Position numbers and translations under genes: made by a program. A stretch of DNA of 64,000 bases from an uncultured bacterium (GTDB taxonomy: Bacteria > Verrucomicrobiota > Kiritimatiellia > RFP12 > UBA1067): NCBI GenBank assembly GCA_942493055.1, contig OW818680.1:4038406-4102405 (forward strand), given 5' to 3'. Shown piece by piece: positions 37,373 to 53,384 of the stretch. The notes beneath the pieces are model-generated. The model ran no database searches. It had not been told where the DNA came from and worked only from the letters and a program-made list of their open reading frames with translations. The number at the start of each line of letters is the position of its first letter. The first letter of the stretch is position 1.

Positions 37373-38812
37373 TTATTTCTTCTGCTTCTTGGCTGTTTTC
37401 TTTTCCTGCTTCTTCTCTGCTTTGGGCTCAGTGGGATAAAGCGTCACGGGATTTTCAGCGATGCCCGGCGGACGGCGCGCGGTGGGGTTGTCGCCGCCGA
37501 TTTCTGCTTCCTTCTTCGTGATCAGCGCGGTGAGCATCGCAACGATCTCCGGGTTTTTCTCGGAGACATCCGTGGTCTCTCCGATATCGGCGTCGAGGTT
37601 GTAGAGGCGCGGATTCTTCATCTCCTGCTTGGCGGCACCCATGGTCTCGTTCTGTGGCTTGACCGCGAGTTTCCAAGGGCCCTGACGCACGGCCTGGAGA
37701 TTGTAGCCTGCAAAATAGTAGTGGGCTTCGCGCTGTGTTTCCTGGGTCTTGCCGAGGAGGACGCTGGAGATGTCGCGTCCGTCAATGACAGGCTCTGCTG
37801 GCACCTTGCCGCCTGCGAGTGCGACGAAGGTCGGTAGCAGGTCGATCGTGCCTGCTACTGTATCGCAGACGGTTCCGGCTGGAATATGGCCGGACCAGCG
37901 CACGATTGTCGGCTCGCGGACGCCGCCTTCGAAGGTGCCGCCCTTGCCGCCGCGCAGCGGGAGCGCGCATCCGCCGTCAGACTTCTTCACGAGCCAGGGG
38001 CCGTTATCGCTTGTGAAGACGACCACGGTCTTCTCATCGAGACCCAGTTCCTTCAATGTATCCATGACCTGTCCGACCGACCAGTCGACCTCTTCGACCC
38101 AATCGCCGAAGCGTCCGTTCTGGGACTTGCCTTGGAACTTTTTACCCGGGTGGATGGGCGTGTGGACGGCTGTGTGAGGGAAGTAGAGGAGGAAGGGCTT
38201 ATCCTTGTTGTCGCGGATGAAGGTGGTTGCCTCCTTCACATAGAGCTCAACAATCCCGTCCTGGTCGTCCTCCTTCAGCAGGCGGTCGACCTTCTCGTTG
38301 CGCATCAGAGGGACAACAGATGCGCTGTCATCCTTGGGTTTGCGTTGCATGTCGTTGGAGTAGGGGATGCCATAGTAGAAGTCAAAGCCCTGTTTAGTGG
38401 GCAGGAACTGAGGCTGGTCGCCGAGGTGCCACTTGCCGATGCAGGCGGTGGAGTAGCCCTGCTCCTTGAGGCGTTCGGCCATGGTGAATTCTTTGGGGTT
38501 GAGTCCCTGAGGGCACGCGGGGAAGAAGACACCGGGAACGGAGACGCGCGCGCCATAGCAGCCGGTCATCATCTGCGCGCGCGAGACGGAGCAGACAGGT
38601 GCGGCGTAGAAGGAGGTCATCTTCATGCCGTCCTTCGCCATCTTGTCGAGGTTGGGGGTCTTCTGTTTTGTGGCGCCGAAGGGGCCGATGTCCGCATAGC
38701 CCATGTCATCGATGAAGATGACGACGAAGTTTGGTTGTGTGGCTGCGAGGCTTGAGAATCCTAGCCATGTAGCGCACGCGACAGTTGCAAACACCTTCTT
38801 TTGAATGTGCAT
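37373..38812 (-). CDS. Sulfatase with non-canonical signature CSVSR (Val in place of Pro)
   Basis: Signal peptide. IFIDDMGYAD. APVCSVSRAQMMTG. Confidence 0.8.
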   Translation of the reverse strand: MHIQKKVFATVACATWLGFSSLAATQPNFVVIFIDDMGYADIGPFGATKQKTPNLDKMAKDGMKMTSFYAAPVCSVSRAQMMTGCYGARVSVPGVFFPACPQGLNPKEFTMAERLKEQGYSTACIGKWHLGDQPQFLPTKQGFDFYYGIPYSNDMQRKPKDDSASVVPLMRNEKVDRLLKEDDQDGIVELYVKEATTFIRDNKDKPFLLYFPHTAVHTPIHPGKKFQGKSQNGRFGDWVEEVDWSVGQVMDTLKELGLDEKTVVVFTSDNGPWLVKKSDGGCALPLRGGKGGTFEGGVREPTIVRWSGHIPAGTVCDTVAGTIDLLPTFVALAGGKVPAEPVIDGRDISSVLLGKTQETQREAHYYFAGYNLQAVRQGPWKLAVKPQNETMGAAKQEMKNPRLYNLDADIGETTDVSEKNPEIVAMLTALITKKEAEIGGDNPTARRPPGIAENPVTLYPTEPKAEKKQEKKTAKKQKK

Positions 38813-38845
38813 GATCTTCCCCCTTTGTTGATAAAATGTCTCTGC

Positions 38846-39739
38846 TTATGCGTTCTTGCGGATATCCAGAAAGAGTTGCACCCCTTCGCTCTCGGTGGTG
38901 ATATGAATCTCTTCGGCTGGAATGCCGGCTTTCGTCGCAAGGGCAATCAGCTCCTCTTCGGATCTGAGGATGAGCGACCAGCCCCCGAACTCCATGTAGG
39001 CGCGCGTGGGGTTATGCGTGGAGAAGTTGCCGATGGTCAGGAGCCCGTCTGGCTTCATGCAGTGGCGCAACCTCCGCGTCATCAAGACAAAGAGTTGATC
39101 ATTGAAGTAATCGAAGAGTCCTGCAGCCCAGACCAGGTCAAACGTCTTCTTGGGGAGATGCCGAATGACATTGGCGAGGCGGAAATCCACGGACGCCGGC
39201 CATTTGGCGCAGAGGCTGCGTGCATGCTGAATGGCTGTCTCATCTTGGTCGAGGCAGGTAAAGTGCACGCGAGTATCGGGGTGGTGTTCAAGATAATCAC
39301 TGATGTCGCGAGCCGGACCGCAGCCCACGACCAAGACCTCGATGGGGCCTGTCTCCCGCGTGCTGACCAGGGCATTGAGGCGGGTGCGGAGGCAGGCGAT
39401 CCGATTCCGGACGGCCTTGGGCGCGTGGCGGCTGTGAAAGTAGATGTCCCACTTGCGGAGCTTCGGGTCCGTGCTTATCCAGCGCGTGTACATCCGGTCA
39501 ATGATCTCCCAGTCGCCATGATAGCCATGGGGTTTCAGAAAGACAAAACCTTGCATGGTGTCTCTGGAGCCTGCCACACCGAAAGCATCCCAGATGGTTT
39601 TGATTTGCTCCTCGGTGATGGCCCCGCTCCGATAGTCGGCCATAGCGGCTCTGAACCAAGCGTCCAGTTCGTCATACTCCTCTTCATTAGGGCCGCCCCG
39701 TTGAACCATGTCGTGAATATACTTGATGCGTTGCTTCAT
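38846..39739 (-). CDS. Class I SAM-dependent methyltransferase, substrate unknown
   Basis: Start at MKQRIKYIHDMV. VLVVGCGPARD is motif I. DLVWAAGLFDYF is the post-I region. Confidence 0.65.
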   Translation of the reverse strand: MKQRIKYIHDMVQRGGPNEEEYDELDAWFRAAMADYRSGAITEEQIKTIWDAFGVAGSRDTMQGFVFLKPHGYHGDWEIIDRMYTRWISTDPKLRKWDIYFHSRHAPKAVRNRIACLRTRLNALVSTRETGPIEVLVVGCGPARDISDYLEHHPDTRVHFTCLDQDETAIQHARSLCAKWPASVDFRLANVIRHLPKKTFDLVWAAGLFDYFNDQLFVLMTRRLRHCMKPDGLLTIGNFSTHNPTRAYMEFGGWSLILRSEEELIALATKAGIPAEEIHITTESEGVQLFLDIRKNA

Positions 39740-39884
39740 AATCGTGATAAACTTTCTACTCGCGGTGGGTGGCCTTTTGAAGGTGGCCGAACTAAAAACG
39801 TGGTCAGTTTCTCGTTTTCTTCCATGCAAAGCAAGCCGAAAAGCAGAAAAGGAGTGAAAGTTTCTTTTTTTTAATTATTCAAGG

Positions 39885-41773
<1,889 letters not shown>

Positions 41774-41891
41774 CGCTTGCCTCTTTCTGTTTGATGTGTT
41801 TCAAGACGCTCCAAAGCTCAACGCTTCATATTTAACCACAAAGCGCACAAAGAACACAAAGAAAAAGATTCAAAGCAAACTTTGTATTTTC

Positions 41892-43262
41892 TCACGGGAG
41901 GGATGCGTTCCAGGCCATGACGAGTTTGAGGAGGCGGGCGGTGATGTCGGGCTGGGCGGTGGCCAGGTTGTTGGCCTCTGCGGCATCGGTCGTCAGATTG
42001 TAGAGCTGTACGTTTGAGCCGTCGAGATCAACCAGGAGTTTCCATTGTCCATCGCGGACAGCCAAGTCGGCGTTGCGTTCTCCGAAGGCTTCCTTCCGGT
42101 CTGGAGGGCGCTTCCAGAAGATCGGCGCTGCGCGTCCGGTTGCTGCAGTTCCGAGTAGGGCTTCCTTTACGTTTTCGCCATCCAGTTTGGCTTCAGCAGG
42201 AACGGAAATTCCCGCGAGCGAATAGAGCGAGCGGTTGATATCCACGGAGGAGAAGATTGCGCTTTCATTCTTGGTTCCTCTTATCTGCTGCGGTTGATAT
42301 CCGGGTGCCCACATGATGAGGGGCGAGCGGATGCCGCCCTCGTACAATAAGCCTTTGAATCCTCGGAATCCTTTGGCGGTGCCCGCGCCTGGCTCGTAGC
42401 CATTATCAGAGGCGATCATCACGACTGTATTGGTGCGGAGGGCTTCGTTATTCCGGATAAAGTCAAAGAGTACGCCGAGTTGGGCATCCATGTTTTCGAG
42501 CACGCCGATGTACAGGTCGCGCTTTGATCCTGTGCCTGCTTTGCCTGCTGGCGGCGAGTAGGGGGAGTGGACATCGTCCGGCCAGAGGTTGATGAAGAAG
42601 GGCTTCTTCGCTTCTTGCGTTTTTTTCATGAATGCGATGCCTCGGCTGACAAAGCGTTCCGTGACTTCGTGACGGGGCGCCCACTCGATTTTTCCGCGGC
42701 CCAGTTTCTCGCTGCCCATGCCCAGAGCGTTCTTCTTCGCAGGCCGCCCGTCCACGCCGCCCATGACCGGCAGGACGCGGTCGCCCAGTCCCTCGAAGTT
42801 GGTCAGAGATTCATCAAAGCCGTACTCCGAAATCAAGGGGGCTTCCCCCACGTCGCGCTGGCCGCCCAGATGCCACTTGCCGAAGTGTCCTGTGGCATAA
42901 CCCGATGACTGGAGGGCGCGTGCGATGGAAGGGGCCTTGGGGTCTAGCCACTGCGCCATGCCGCGCTTCGTGTTTTCCTGGCGGGCAGCCAGGTAGGAGG
43001 TGATCTTCCAGCGTTGGGGGTACTGGCCTGTGAGTAAGGCGCAGCGTGAAGGCGAGCAGATCGGCATGTTGACATAGAACTGAGTAAAGCGGATGCCCTC
43101 CGCGGCCATGCGGTCGAGGCAGGGCGTCTTGGCTTCGCCTGCGAAACAGCCGATGTCTGTATAGCCCATGTCATCGATAAAGACACAGACGATGTTGGGG
43201 CGAGGGGCGGCCAGGCTCATGCTGGCGAAGAGGAGGGCGGGCAGAAGTAAGCGTGTGGTCAT
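41892..43262 (-). CDS. Cys-type sulfatase, secreted
   Basis: Signal peptide. VFIDDMGYTD. CSPSRCALLTGQYPQRW. Confidence 0.85.
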   Translation of the reverse strand: MTTRLLLPALLFASMSLAAPRPNIVCVFIDDMGYTDIGCFAGEAKTPCLDRMAAEGIRFTQFYVNMPICSPSRCALLTGQYPQRWKITSYLAARQENTKRGMAQWLDPKAPSIARALQSSGYATGHFGKWHLGGQRDVGEAPLISEYGFDESLTNFEGLGDRVLPVMGGVDGRPAKKNALGMGSEKLGRGKIEWAPRHEVTERFVSRGIAFMKKTQEAKKPFFINLWPDDVHSPYSPPAGKAGTGSKRDLYIGVLENMDAQLGVLFDFIRNNEALRTNTVVMIASDNGYEPGAGTAKGFRGFKGLLYEGGIRSPLIMWAPGYQPQQIRGTKNESAIFSSVDINRSLYSLAGISVPAEAKLDGENVKEALLGTAATGRAAPIFWKRPPDRKEAFGERNADLAVRDGQWKLLVDLDGSNVQLYNLTTDAAEANNLATAQPDITARLLKLVMAWNASLP

Positions 43263-43425
43263 GGGGCTCCTTTAATGCAGGCCAATAATGGCCTGCGGCG
43301 GTAACATGGGCAGCGGCAGTAACGGCAGCGGCGGGGTTAATGCAGGCCAATAATGGCCTGCGGCGGTAACGGCAGCGGCGGGGTTAATGCAGGCCAATAA
43401 TGGCCTGCGGCGGTAACACGGCGGT
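43263..43425. repeat. Array of three REP-like hairpin repeats, unit GTTAATGCAGGCCAATAATGGCCTGCGGCGGTAAC
   Basis: Three near-identical about 35-bp units, each with an AGGCCA-ATAA-TGGCCT stem-loop. The last unit supplies the final codons of the transposase ORF. Confidence 0.65.
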
Positions 43426-44337
43426 ATTGCCCTGCTCTATCGCGCTGCACCAGCTATTCATTTCGAGGCAGGCTTCACGGGTCAGGGGCGTTTTCTGGCC
43501 CGTGAACGCTGCACACGATAGTATCAAAAGGCGGCCTTGCGCGCACAGGTCAAAATAAGCGCCGCTCGGTTTATAAAGAGGAGGAAAGCCCTCGTGCTTC
43601 AGCACAATCACGCTCCCGCCTTCTTCGATTGCCGTGGCGACCATCTCTTTCTCGCCAGGTGAAATAAAGGGCGAGATCAAAACCGCCCCTTGCTGGATGG
43701 CTTCCCGGAAAAAAGCCTTCTTCGCATGGATCTCTGTGGGGGTGGCGGAGCGCGAAACGCGGATTGCCAGGCGGAGGGGCTTGTCGAGGAGGAAGGGGTT
43801 TCCAAACCCCCTCCAGGGACGCGCTTTCGGCAGATTCGGGGAGGACAGATGGTCCAGGCGTGTAAACAGGTCAGGGTGCTCTTTCTTGAGACAATAGCGC
43901 CGCGGGTTGTCGCGGATATAGGCACTGTACGCCTTGATGCTCTTGACCTGAAGGGAAACCAAGTCATGGAAGCCATCCTGAAAGACAGAGAGGTCAGGGT
44001 CCAGGCTCAGGCGACGTAACGCGGAGGTGATTCCGCTCTTGAAGCCGCGCACAATTGCGCTCAAGGTGCGGGGGAGCTTTTCCTTCGCAAAGAGGATGCC
44101 ATGGAGATGATCGGGCATGACGCAGAGTTCCTGCGCTTCGATCTGGGGTGTGAAGAATGGCATTTTATGCCAGGCCTCGATAACATGGCTGCCTTCGGAG
44201 GAGAGCTGAACAGCGTTGTCTTTGCAACTGCCAAAGAGGTTGCGGCGCGGGGCTGTTACAAGGGTGATCATGTAAAACCCCGCGCCTGTATAGTCATGCC
44301 ATTCGGCGCGGATGCCGGCTCGCTTATAAGGGGGCAT
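43384..44337 (-). mobile_element. RAYT-like HuH (Y1) tyrosine transposase of the IS200/IS605 TnpA family with an about 150-aa C-terminal extension of unknown function
   Basis: Start MPPYKRAGIRAEWHDYTGAGFYMITLVTAPRRNLF (RAYT N-terminus). HuH motif VMPDHLHGILF. Tyr region SVFQDGFHDLV...AYSAYIRDNPRRY. Flanked on both sides by REP-like arrays. Confidence 0.65.
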
Positions 44338-44500
44338 GGGGCTCCTTAATGCAGGCCAATAATGGCCTGCGGCGGTAACATGGGCCAATAATGGGCAGCG
44401 GCGGTAACTCAATGCCTGCCAATAATGGCAGGCGGCGGTAACGGCAGGCGGCAGTAACAGGGCAGGCGGCGTTACTGCCGCAGGGCGTTATCGCCCTGCA
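44338..44500. repeat. Second array of REP-like hairpin repeats (canonical unit plus variants with a CCTGCC/GGCAGG stem)
   Basis: TTAATGCAGGCCAATAATGGCCTGCGGCGGTAAC followed by degenerate copies, ending at the secA stop. Confidence 0.6.
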
Positions 44501-47587
<3,087 letters not shown>

Positions 47588-47607
47588 GGAGAGTCCTTCG
47601 TCTTCTA

Positions 47608-48862
<1,255 letters not shown>

Positions 48863-48863
<1 letters not shown>

Positions 48864-49699
48864 TAGAAACGTCCCATGGCAGCAAACTTGTCATAGCGCT
48901 GCTGGAGCAACTCTTTGAGCTCGATTTTCTTCAGTACGGCGAGGTTCTCGAGGATTGCTTTTTTGACTGCCGCAATAGCCTTCGCCACATCCGTGTGTGC
49001 GCCACCGTTCGGTTCCGGTATGATCGTGTCGATGATGCCGAGGCCCTTGAGCGATTCGGCCGTAATCTTCAGCGTCTCCGCTGCGAGTGCGGCCTTGGTG
49101 CCATCACGCCACAAGATCGAGGCGCAGCCTTCAGGGGAGATAACGGAATAGACAGCGTTCTGCAGCATCAGTATCCGGTCGCCGACTGCAATGCCCAAGG
49201 CGCCCCCGCTGCCGCCTTCGCCCGTGATGACGATGACCATCGGTGTTTTGAGCGTGGCCATGAATTCGAGGTTGTGGGCAATGGCTTCTGCCTGGCCGCG
49301 GGCTTCAGCTTCGCTGCCTGGATAGGCTCCCGGGGTGTCCACAAGCGAGACGACGGGCAGGTGGAACTTCTCCGCCAGCTTCATCAGACGCTTGGCCTTG
49401 CGATAGCCCTCGGGGCTTGCCATGCCGAAATTCGCCTCGATGTTCTCGTCGATGCCGCGTCCTTTGCGGTGCCCGATGAGCATCACGCGTTCGCCGCCGA
49501 TGGTCGCGAAGCCGCCGATCAGGCTGCGGTCGTCGCCGTACAGACGGTCTCCGTGCAGCTCCGCAAAGTCCTCGCACATCAGCTTGGTGTAGTCCCCGAT
49601 GTTGGGGCGGTCCGCGTGGCGAGCGAGCTGGACAACATCCCAGGCGGTTTGTTTAACTTCCTTCACTGCATCCTTCTTTTCAACTGTTTTCTTAGCCAT
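48863..49699 (-). CDS. accA: Acetyl-CoA carboxylase carboxyltransferase subunit alpha
   Basis: Conserved AccA blocks DTPGAYPG and [12 protein letters not shown]. Confidence 0.9.
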
Positions 49700-49735
49700 G
49701 ATGAAATTCCTTTTTTGATAAATCGGACAGATCGT

Positions 49736-50572
49736 TTAACAGGAGCAACCCGCGTACCGCAGTACGCTTGCGAGGAAGCTCTTCATCTCCTTGCGAGGCA
49801 CGATATGGTCGATAAACCCGTGCGACTGGGTATATTCTGCCGTTTGAAAATCATCCGGGAGCTTCTGCTTGATGGTCTGCTCAATCACGCGGCGACCTGC
49901 AAAGCCGATGAGGGCCTTGGGTTCCGCGATGTTGAGGTCGCCCACCATGGCATAGCTGGCTGACACGCCGCCGGTGGTCGGGTCGGTCATGATGGAGATA
50001 TAGGGTAGGCCGGCCTCTTTCAAGCGCGCGATCGCTGCGCAGGTCTTGGCCATCTGCATGAGCGAGACAATGCCCTCGTGCATGCGTGCGCCGCCGGAGG
50101 CGCTGAAAATGAGTAGGGGACGCTTCAGCTTCAGCGCCTCTTCGGCTGCCAGCAGGATGCGTTCGCCCGTGCCGCTGCCCAGAGATCCGCCGAGGAACTT
50201 GAAGTCCATGACACCCAGGATGACGGGCATCTTTTCGATGGTTGCGGAACCGGTGAGGATCGCCTCGCCAATGCCGGTCTTTTCGACGGTCGCTTTGGCC
50301 TTGTCAGCATAAGCGCCAGTCGAATCCTTGAAAGCGAGGGGATCGTTGAAGCTGACCTTTGCATTCAATTCCTTAAAGCTTCCCGCATCTGTTATCAAGA
50401 CCACGCGCTCACGGCACCCGAGGCGGTCATGATAATTGCACCGGGGACATACTTTGTCAGTTGCTTTCCATTCAGCTTTCTCAACGTAGGCCTTACATGA
50501 CGGACAAACAGTCCATACTGCTTCTGTGGGTACGCGCAGAGGCGCTTCGGCCTTTTTTTCAAACCATGCCAT
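49736..50572 (-). CDS. accD: Acetyl-CoA carboxylase carboxyltransferase subunit beta
   Basis: Start at MAWFEK. Zn-ribbon CPSC...CPRC. GGSMG-like region GGARMHEG. Confidence 0.9.
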   Translation of the reverse strand: MAWFEKKAEAPLRVPTEAVWTVCPSCKAYVEKAEWKATDKVCPRCNYHDRLGCRERVVLITDAGSFKELNAKVSFNDPLAFKDSTGAYADKAKATVEKTGIGEAILTGSATIEKMPVILGVMDFKFLGGSLGSGTGERILLAAEEALKLKRPLLIFSASGGARMHEGIVSLMQMAKTCAAIARLKEAGLPYISIMTDPTTGGVSASYAMVGDLNIAEPKALIGFAGRRVIEQTIKQKLPDDFQTAEYTQSHGFIDHIVPRKEMKSFLASVLRYAGCSC

Positions 50573-50673
50573 AATATTTTTCTCCTTAGCTATGTCAGAG
50601 GAGCAACGTCTGCTCCCCCACAAGAGAAAGTATCATAGCAGAAACCGACCTCCCCTGACAAGTATCTAAGCCG

Positions 50674-51603
50674 TCAGAAATTGATGCGTTCCTCTTCAAT
50701 CACAAGCGGCTTGTTTTTGACTTGTGTCCAAATGGCGCCGATATATTCGCCGATGATGCCGATGAAGATCAGTTGGACAGACGAGAAGAAGAAGACACCG
50801 ATGACCAAAGGAGCCAAGCCGACATTGAACTGGTTCCAATAGAGCAACTTGTATATGAAGTAGACAAGGGCTGCGATCATGCTCAGCCCGGCCACGACGA
50901 AGCCCATGAACGCCGCGAGGCGCAGGGGCAGCTTCGTGTGGTTGACAAAGCCGGTCATGGCCGTGTCATAGAGTGTCGCGAAATTGTTATGCGTCCTGCC
51001 GTGTTTGCGCGCAGCCTGCACAAAGGGGATCTCCGTGCGCTTGAAGCCGACTTCGCTGATGAGCCCCCGGAAATAGGGGTAGGGGTCATGGTATTTTTTC
51101 AGCGCCTCGATCACCTTTCGATCATAGAGGCCGAAGCCTGTGAAGTTCTGGATCTGATGGATCTCCGAACACGTCGACAGCAGGCGGTAGTAGAAGCGCC
51201 TGACCAGGAACATCAGCGGATTCTCCTTGCTCTTGGGCTTGACACCACAGACGATCATGAACCCCTCCTCCCATTTCTGAAGGAAGGTCTCAATCATCTC
51301 AGGCGGTTCTTGCAGGTCAGAGCATAAGACAACGACGGCATCCCCCGTGGTTTGCAGCAGGGCGTGATACGGGGATCGGATATGGCCGAAGTTGTTGGCG
51401 TTCAGGATGGCTTTGAACCGCCGGTCCTTGGCCGCGATCTCACGGATGATTGCCCGGCTGTTGTCGGTCGAGCAGTTGTCAGCCACGACGATTTCATAAT
51501 CGTATTGCGGAAACTTTTTGAAGACCGCCGTGATGCGGTCATAGTACTCCTGAAGATTGCCCTCTTCATTGTAACATCCGGAGACCATGCTGATTGTTTT
51601 CAT
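50674..51603 (-). CDS. GT2 family glycosyltransferase (polyprenyl-phosphate sugar transferase-like; C-terminal TM helices)
   Basis: MKTISMVSGCYNEE...IVVADNCSTDNS (GT2 DxD-type N-terminus). Two C-terminal hydrophobic helices. Confidence 0.8.
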   Translation of the reverse strand: MKTISMVSGCYNEEGNLQEYYDRITAVFKKFPQYDYEIVVADNCSTDNSRAIIREIAAKDRRFKAILNANNFGHIRSPYHALLQTTGDAVVVLCSDLQEPPEMIETFLQKWEEGFMIVCGVKPKSKENPLMFLVRRFYYRLLSTCSEIHQIQNFTGFGLYDRKVIEALKKYHDPYPYFRGLISEVGFKRTEIPFVQAARKHGRTHNNFATLYDTAMTGFVNHTKLPLRLAAFMGFVVAGLSMIAALVYFIYKLLYWNQFNVGLAPLVIGVFFFSSVQLIFIGIIGEYIGAIWTQVKNKPLVIEEERINF

Positions 51604-51643
51604 GTTGATTTCTTTTCGTCTTTTTACGGCAAGATACTATTCG

Positions 51644-52024
51644 TCAGTCTGACATCAAAATCAATCCGTATTTCACAAACGCACTAAAATCATCTTTATT
51701 ATCTGTTGCCAGTGGAATGTTGGCAGTAACTGCACAGGATGCTATCATTGCATCAACTCGCAAGCGCCGTGCTCGGCCCGTGACATTAAAGAGTCGAGCA
51801 GCTTCTGTTATTTGGGCCTCTTCAAAGGCAACGATTCCACCTTGCAGGCAGGAGCGAACGGTCTGTATTTCTTCCTCTCCTATAGGTCCGCACAGAAACT
51901 CATACCATGCGATGGATGAGGTTGTCAGCTTTTCGCCTTGCTTCAGCCACTTTTTAACGCGCTTAGATTCCAGCGTTTCGGGGATGAGCATGCGAATCAG
52001 ATAGTTTGTGTCGAGGCAAATCAT
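51644..52024 (-). CDS. vapC: PIN-domain toxin VapC
   Basis: MICLDTNYLIRML (first acidic residue), ...ATDNKDDF (C-terminal acidic residues). 126 aa. Confidence 0.8.
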   Translation of the reverse strand: MICLDTNYLIRMLIPETLESKRVKKWLKQGEKLTTSSIAWYEFLCGPIGEEEIQTVRSCLQGGIVAFEEAQITEAARLFNVTGRARRLRVDAMIASCAVTANIPLATDNKDDFSAFVKYGLILMSD

Positions 52025-52311
52025 GATTTGCGCCAGTTTTTGCGATCATCCTTGGTTGTCTGTAAATACAACTCGGCGTCTTCGCGAACAATCGATCCTG
52101 TTTTGTGGTAGTTTTCGAGGCGTGATAACGGTGACACATCTGTTCCTAGACTCTCGCTTTGATTGACAAAAGCGAGCGAACGCCGCACGACCTCTGCCTG
52201 AGATACGCGCCACCGTGCAGCAAGGTTTTTCAGTGTGAACATCGTGGCCCGATCAAATGAAAACGTCGTTCTATATTGAGTCATTTGCATAACATCACTA
52301 TATACCATCAC
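52021..52311 (-). CDS. vapB: Ribbon-helix-helix antitoxin (VapB/CopG-like)
   Basis: TTFSFDRATMFTLKNLAARWRVSQAEVVRRSL is an RHH pattern. ATGA overlap with vapC and with the upstream radical-SAM gene. Confidence 0.6.
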   Translation of the reverse strand: MMVYSDVMQMTQYRTTFSFDRATMFTLKNLAARWRVSQAEVVRRSLAFVNQSESLGTDVSPLSRLENYHKTGSIVREDAELYLQTTKDDRKNWRKS

Positions 52312-53384
52312 TTTTCATTAATCAAGTCCTCTTTGGAGAAAACCTCGTTCCACGGCACGGGCAGGGGCTTGCCATAGATGCGCCCGGCGATGTATTTGTC
52401 GATGAAGGGTCTGCTCTCGGCCATCAGGCAGGTGTTGATGTGCTTGCCGAAGAACTTGATGTTCATGCCGCGTTCGATGATGTCCTTGAGCGGCTCGTTA
52501 AAGATATTGCCGAGGGAGAGGTGCATATAGGGGCAGGGCATCACGTCGCCGTACTGGGTGATGGAGATCATGCGCTTGACCGCGATACACCCCAGATCCA
52601 GTCCGTAGGAGGGCGTCAGATGGGTGAAGACCGCATAACTTTTCTCCAGCTCGCGCATGTAGGCCATGTCGTCCGGGGTGACAAGCGAATCGTAGTTGCC
52701 CTCCCATGCGCCGACGGGCTTCGCGTAGGTGACAAACGTGCCGACCCCTTTAGACTTGGCGAATTCGAGGTAGTCGATGAACTCCTGCGTATGGATCCGC
52801 TGCTTGGTCACGACAGTGGAGAGGATGAGGTTGAGTCCCGCGTTCAGGCAGGCGTCGATGGCGCGCATGCAACGGTCAAAGGAGCCCGGCGCATGGCGGA
52901 AATCGTCGTGCTCTTTCGCGTTGAGGCTGTCGAGGCTGAGCTGGATCTTGTCGACGCCGATGGCTTTGAGATGCTTGGCCTTCTTGTCGTCGAGCAGCCA
53001 GCCGTTGGAGTCCGAGGTGATGTAGAACTTCTGGGGGTCGATGGCGGCTACCAGTTCATCAAAGTCAGGAAACACCAAGGGCTCGCCCCCTGTGATCACT
53101 ATGTTGGCGAGACCGAGTTCATCGGCTTGACGCGAGAGTTCCTTGACATCCGCAATCGTGAACGAACGGGTATCTTTCTTGCCTTGGAACCCTTTGATGG
53201 AGCAATGGTCGCATTTGAAATTACAGCGGTAATTGTACTGGAACTGAATGATGGCAATGCTCTCGCCGCGTTTGATCTTCTCGTCAAACTGGAGAATCTT
53301 CTCGTAGACGCGCGGCTTCTCCAGTCGCAACTGGTCGCGTTTGGCGTTTTCAACAGGTTTGAGTGCCTCTTGTTTGTTTGTCAT
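52308..53384 (-). CDS. Radical SAM enzyme with SPASM/twitch-like C-terminal Cys motif
   Basis: CNFKCDHC is the CxxxCxxC motif. GGEPL. C-terminal GCIAVKRM...CPYMHLSLGNIF is anSME/SPASM-like. Confidence 0.8.
   Translation of the reverse strand: MTNKQEALKPVENAKRDQLRLEKPRVYEKILQFDEKIKRGESIAIIQFQYNYRCNFKCDHCSIKGFQGKKDTRSFTIADVKELSRQADELGLANIVITGGEPLVFPDFDELVAAIDPQKFYITSDSNGWLLDDKKAKHLKAIGVDKIQLSLDSLNAKEHDDFRHAPGSFDRCMRAIDACLNAGLNLILSTVVTKQRIHTQEFIDYLEFAKSKGVGTFVTYAKPVGAWEGNYDSLVTPDDMAYMRELEKSYAVFTHLTPSYGLDLGCIAVKRMISITQYGDVMPCPYMHLSLGNIFNEPLKDIIERGMNIKFFGKHINTCLMAESRPFIDKYIAGRIYGKPLPVPWNEVFSKEDLINEK

Noticed and set aside
52308-53384. Calling the SPASM-type radical SAM enzyme the anaerobic sulfatase-maturating enzyme for the five sulfatases
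   Set aside because: The N-terminal CxxxCxxC and the GNI-containing C-terminal motif are compatible with an anSME, but the full 7-Cys SPASM pattern is not evident. The gene also sits inside a sugar-biosynthesis operon rather than with the sulfatases. It is kept only as a possibility in the findings.
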